Of a stretch of DNA of 64,000 bases, positions 62,555 through 64,000 are shown one piece after another. A program made the translations under genes and the position numbers. The DNA is taken from positions 4,836,001 to 4,900,000 of the forward strand of contig NC_047062.1 in the NCBI RefSeq assembly GCF_902459465.1. The letters are read 5' to 3'. This DNA is from Asterias rubens (lineage: Eukaryota). The notes beneath the pieces were generated by a model that was given only the letters and a program-made list of their open reading frames with translations, made no database searches and was not told where the DNA came from. Numbering within the stretch: the first letter of the stretch is position 1; every line of letters starts with the position of its first letter.

Positions 62555-64000
62555 TTGTCGACATTCATTTATTGTTTTCATTTATTTTTCTAGTTGTATA
62601 TAACTCTTTTTAAACTGAGGATTCGTTTTTAAACCTTTGTGTCTCTTGCCAATTTTACAATTTTTTTTTTTAAATGTTTCTTATTAAGTTTATTTTTTGC
62701 CTGATGGGAGGGAGTGGTGCTATTTTGCATTTTTACTCTTTCTGCGTTCTTGCTTTTAATTATATTTCTGTTTTTGTCTTAATGTTCTTCATGTTTTTAT
62801 AGTTTTTTGTAAATAATTATAGATTTTTAATACAAGGCCAGGGATATTGGAATTGAAGTCCTTCGGGCTACAGTTTTTAGGTAAACTTTTTTTAATTCTA
62901 GGCATAGGGCCTATGTCCCTGGCTTTTGTTTTGTACTGTGTATGTTTGTACCTTGTATGTATTTTTATGCCGAATAAATAATAATAATAATAAATAATAC
63001 ATTTTGAGAAACAATTTATTTTCAAGTATGGCATACAGCGGTTATTTGAAAAAAGATTGTTTACCCCCAAAATGTTAAATTAAGATGATGTGTAATCCTA
63101 TAAGAGATTTTCTCTCTAGATTTCCGGCGATTGACAATAATATTGTACGCAATATAAGAAAATGTAATTTGATGGAACTATGAGAAAATAAAATTAGCTG
63201 TTGCTTGAACAACTTACCAACCAAATGGACCAATGGTATATATGCAACAAAATGGCCTGACGTTTCGACCCTAGCAGAGTCTTTCTCGAAGGCTAAAACT
63301 ATGGCAAACTATCTTGATGGAACTATTTGACAGGATGGTTTTATAAAGAGTTTAGATGGAGAACTATTCACTCTAAAATCTCCCGGTTCAAAAACAACGA
63401 TTTGACCTCGAGGCTGCATTAGTTTCGGATAACACAGATTGCGTTCAGTTTTATTTATAGCGCTTTAATTTTTAAATCGTTAGACAAAATAACATCATTT
63501 AAAATTGTCTAAGTAAGACCCAGATTTTAAGAGTGTTGAGAAATTTCAATTTTGACAGTTAAATAATTTGTTATTACATCTAGAAATTTATAGTTATAGC
63601 AATGAAAAGCTGCAATTCTTTTGTTGACATTCATTTATTTATTTTTTTCATTTTTTTTTCGAGTTGTATATAACTCTTTTTATCTTGATCGAGGATCCGT
63701 TTTTAAACCTTGTGTCTCTTGCCAATTTTTTTTTTGTTTCTTTAATGGTGGTTAAGTTGATTCTTTGCCTGATGGGAGGGGGTGGGGCTATTTTGCATTT
63801 TTGCTCTTTCTGCGTCCTTGCTTTTTGAATTATCTTTCTGTGTTTGTCTTAATGTTCTTAATGTCTTTATAGTTTTTTGGTAAATAATTGTAGATTTTTA
63901 ATATATGGCCAGGGAACTTGGAATTGAAGGCCTTCGGGCTACAGTTTTTAGGTAAACTTTTTTAATTCCAGGCATATGTCCCTGGTTTCAGTTTTGTACT
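62555..64000. repeat. Direct duplication of about 380 bp (62555-62940 and 63621-64000)
   Basis: Shared AGTTGTATATAACTCTTTTT...CTGATGGGAGGG...GGGCTACAGTTTTTAGGTAAAC blocks. Confidence 0.85.
63253..63295 (-). ncRNA. Penelope-like terminal remnant with a minimal hammerhead-like core
   Basis: Minus strand reads GCCT-TCGAGAA-A-GAC-TCTGCTAGG-GTC-GAAACGTC-AGGC: stem I GCCT/AGGC, stem II GAC/GTC, GAAACGTC. A degenerate copy lies at 31789-31832 (+). Confidence 0.5.

Overview
Eukaryotic (intron-rich, AT-rich) genomic window from an invertebrate deuterostome; the repeat content suggests an echinoderm such as a sea star, but this is inference. The ORF track is mostly noise, so genes were rebuilt by hand from GT-AG splice sites with frame checks. 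Left to right: an SRSF4/5/6 (B52/SRp55-type) SR protein gene (+) with candidate alternative and poison exons; SNRPD2 (-), head-to-head with the first of two tandem FKBP2-like genes (+); ERG28 (-); three divergent dynein light chain LC8 paralogues (-,-,+); and an SLC16/MCT transporter (+). Between and within the genes are about 11 copies of a TTAA-flanked MITE, other TTAA MITEs, four TAG...CTA fold-back elements with 9-10 bp target duplications, a truncated LINE, tRNA-derived SINE pieces, Penelope-like termini with hammerhead-like cores, several minisatellites and two N gaps. The best leads are: the unproductive-splicing architecture of the SR gene; an FKBP2 duplicate that lost its ER-retrieval tail through a 14-nt duplication and gained a poly-Val signal region; the LC8 triplet, with a possible in-frame upstream exon; and the fold-back family. 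No prokaryotic system or CRISPR array is present.
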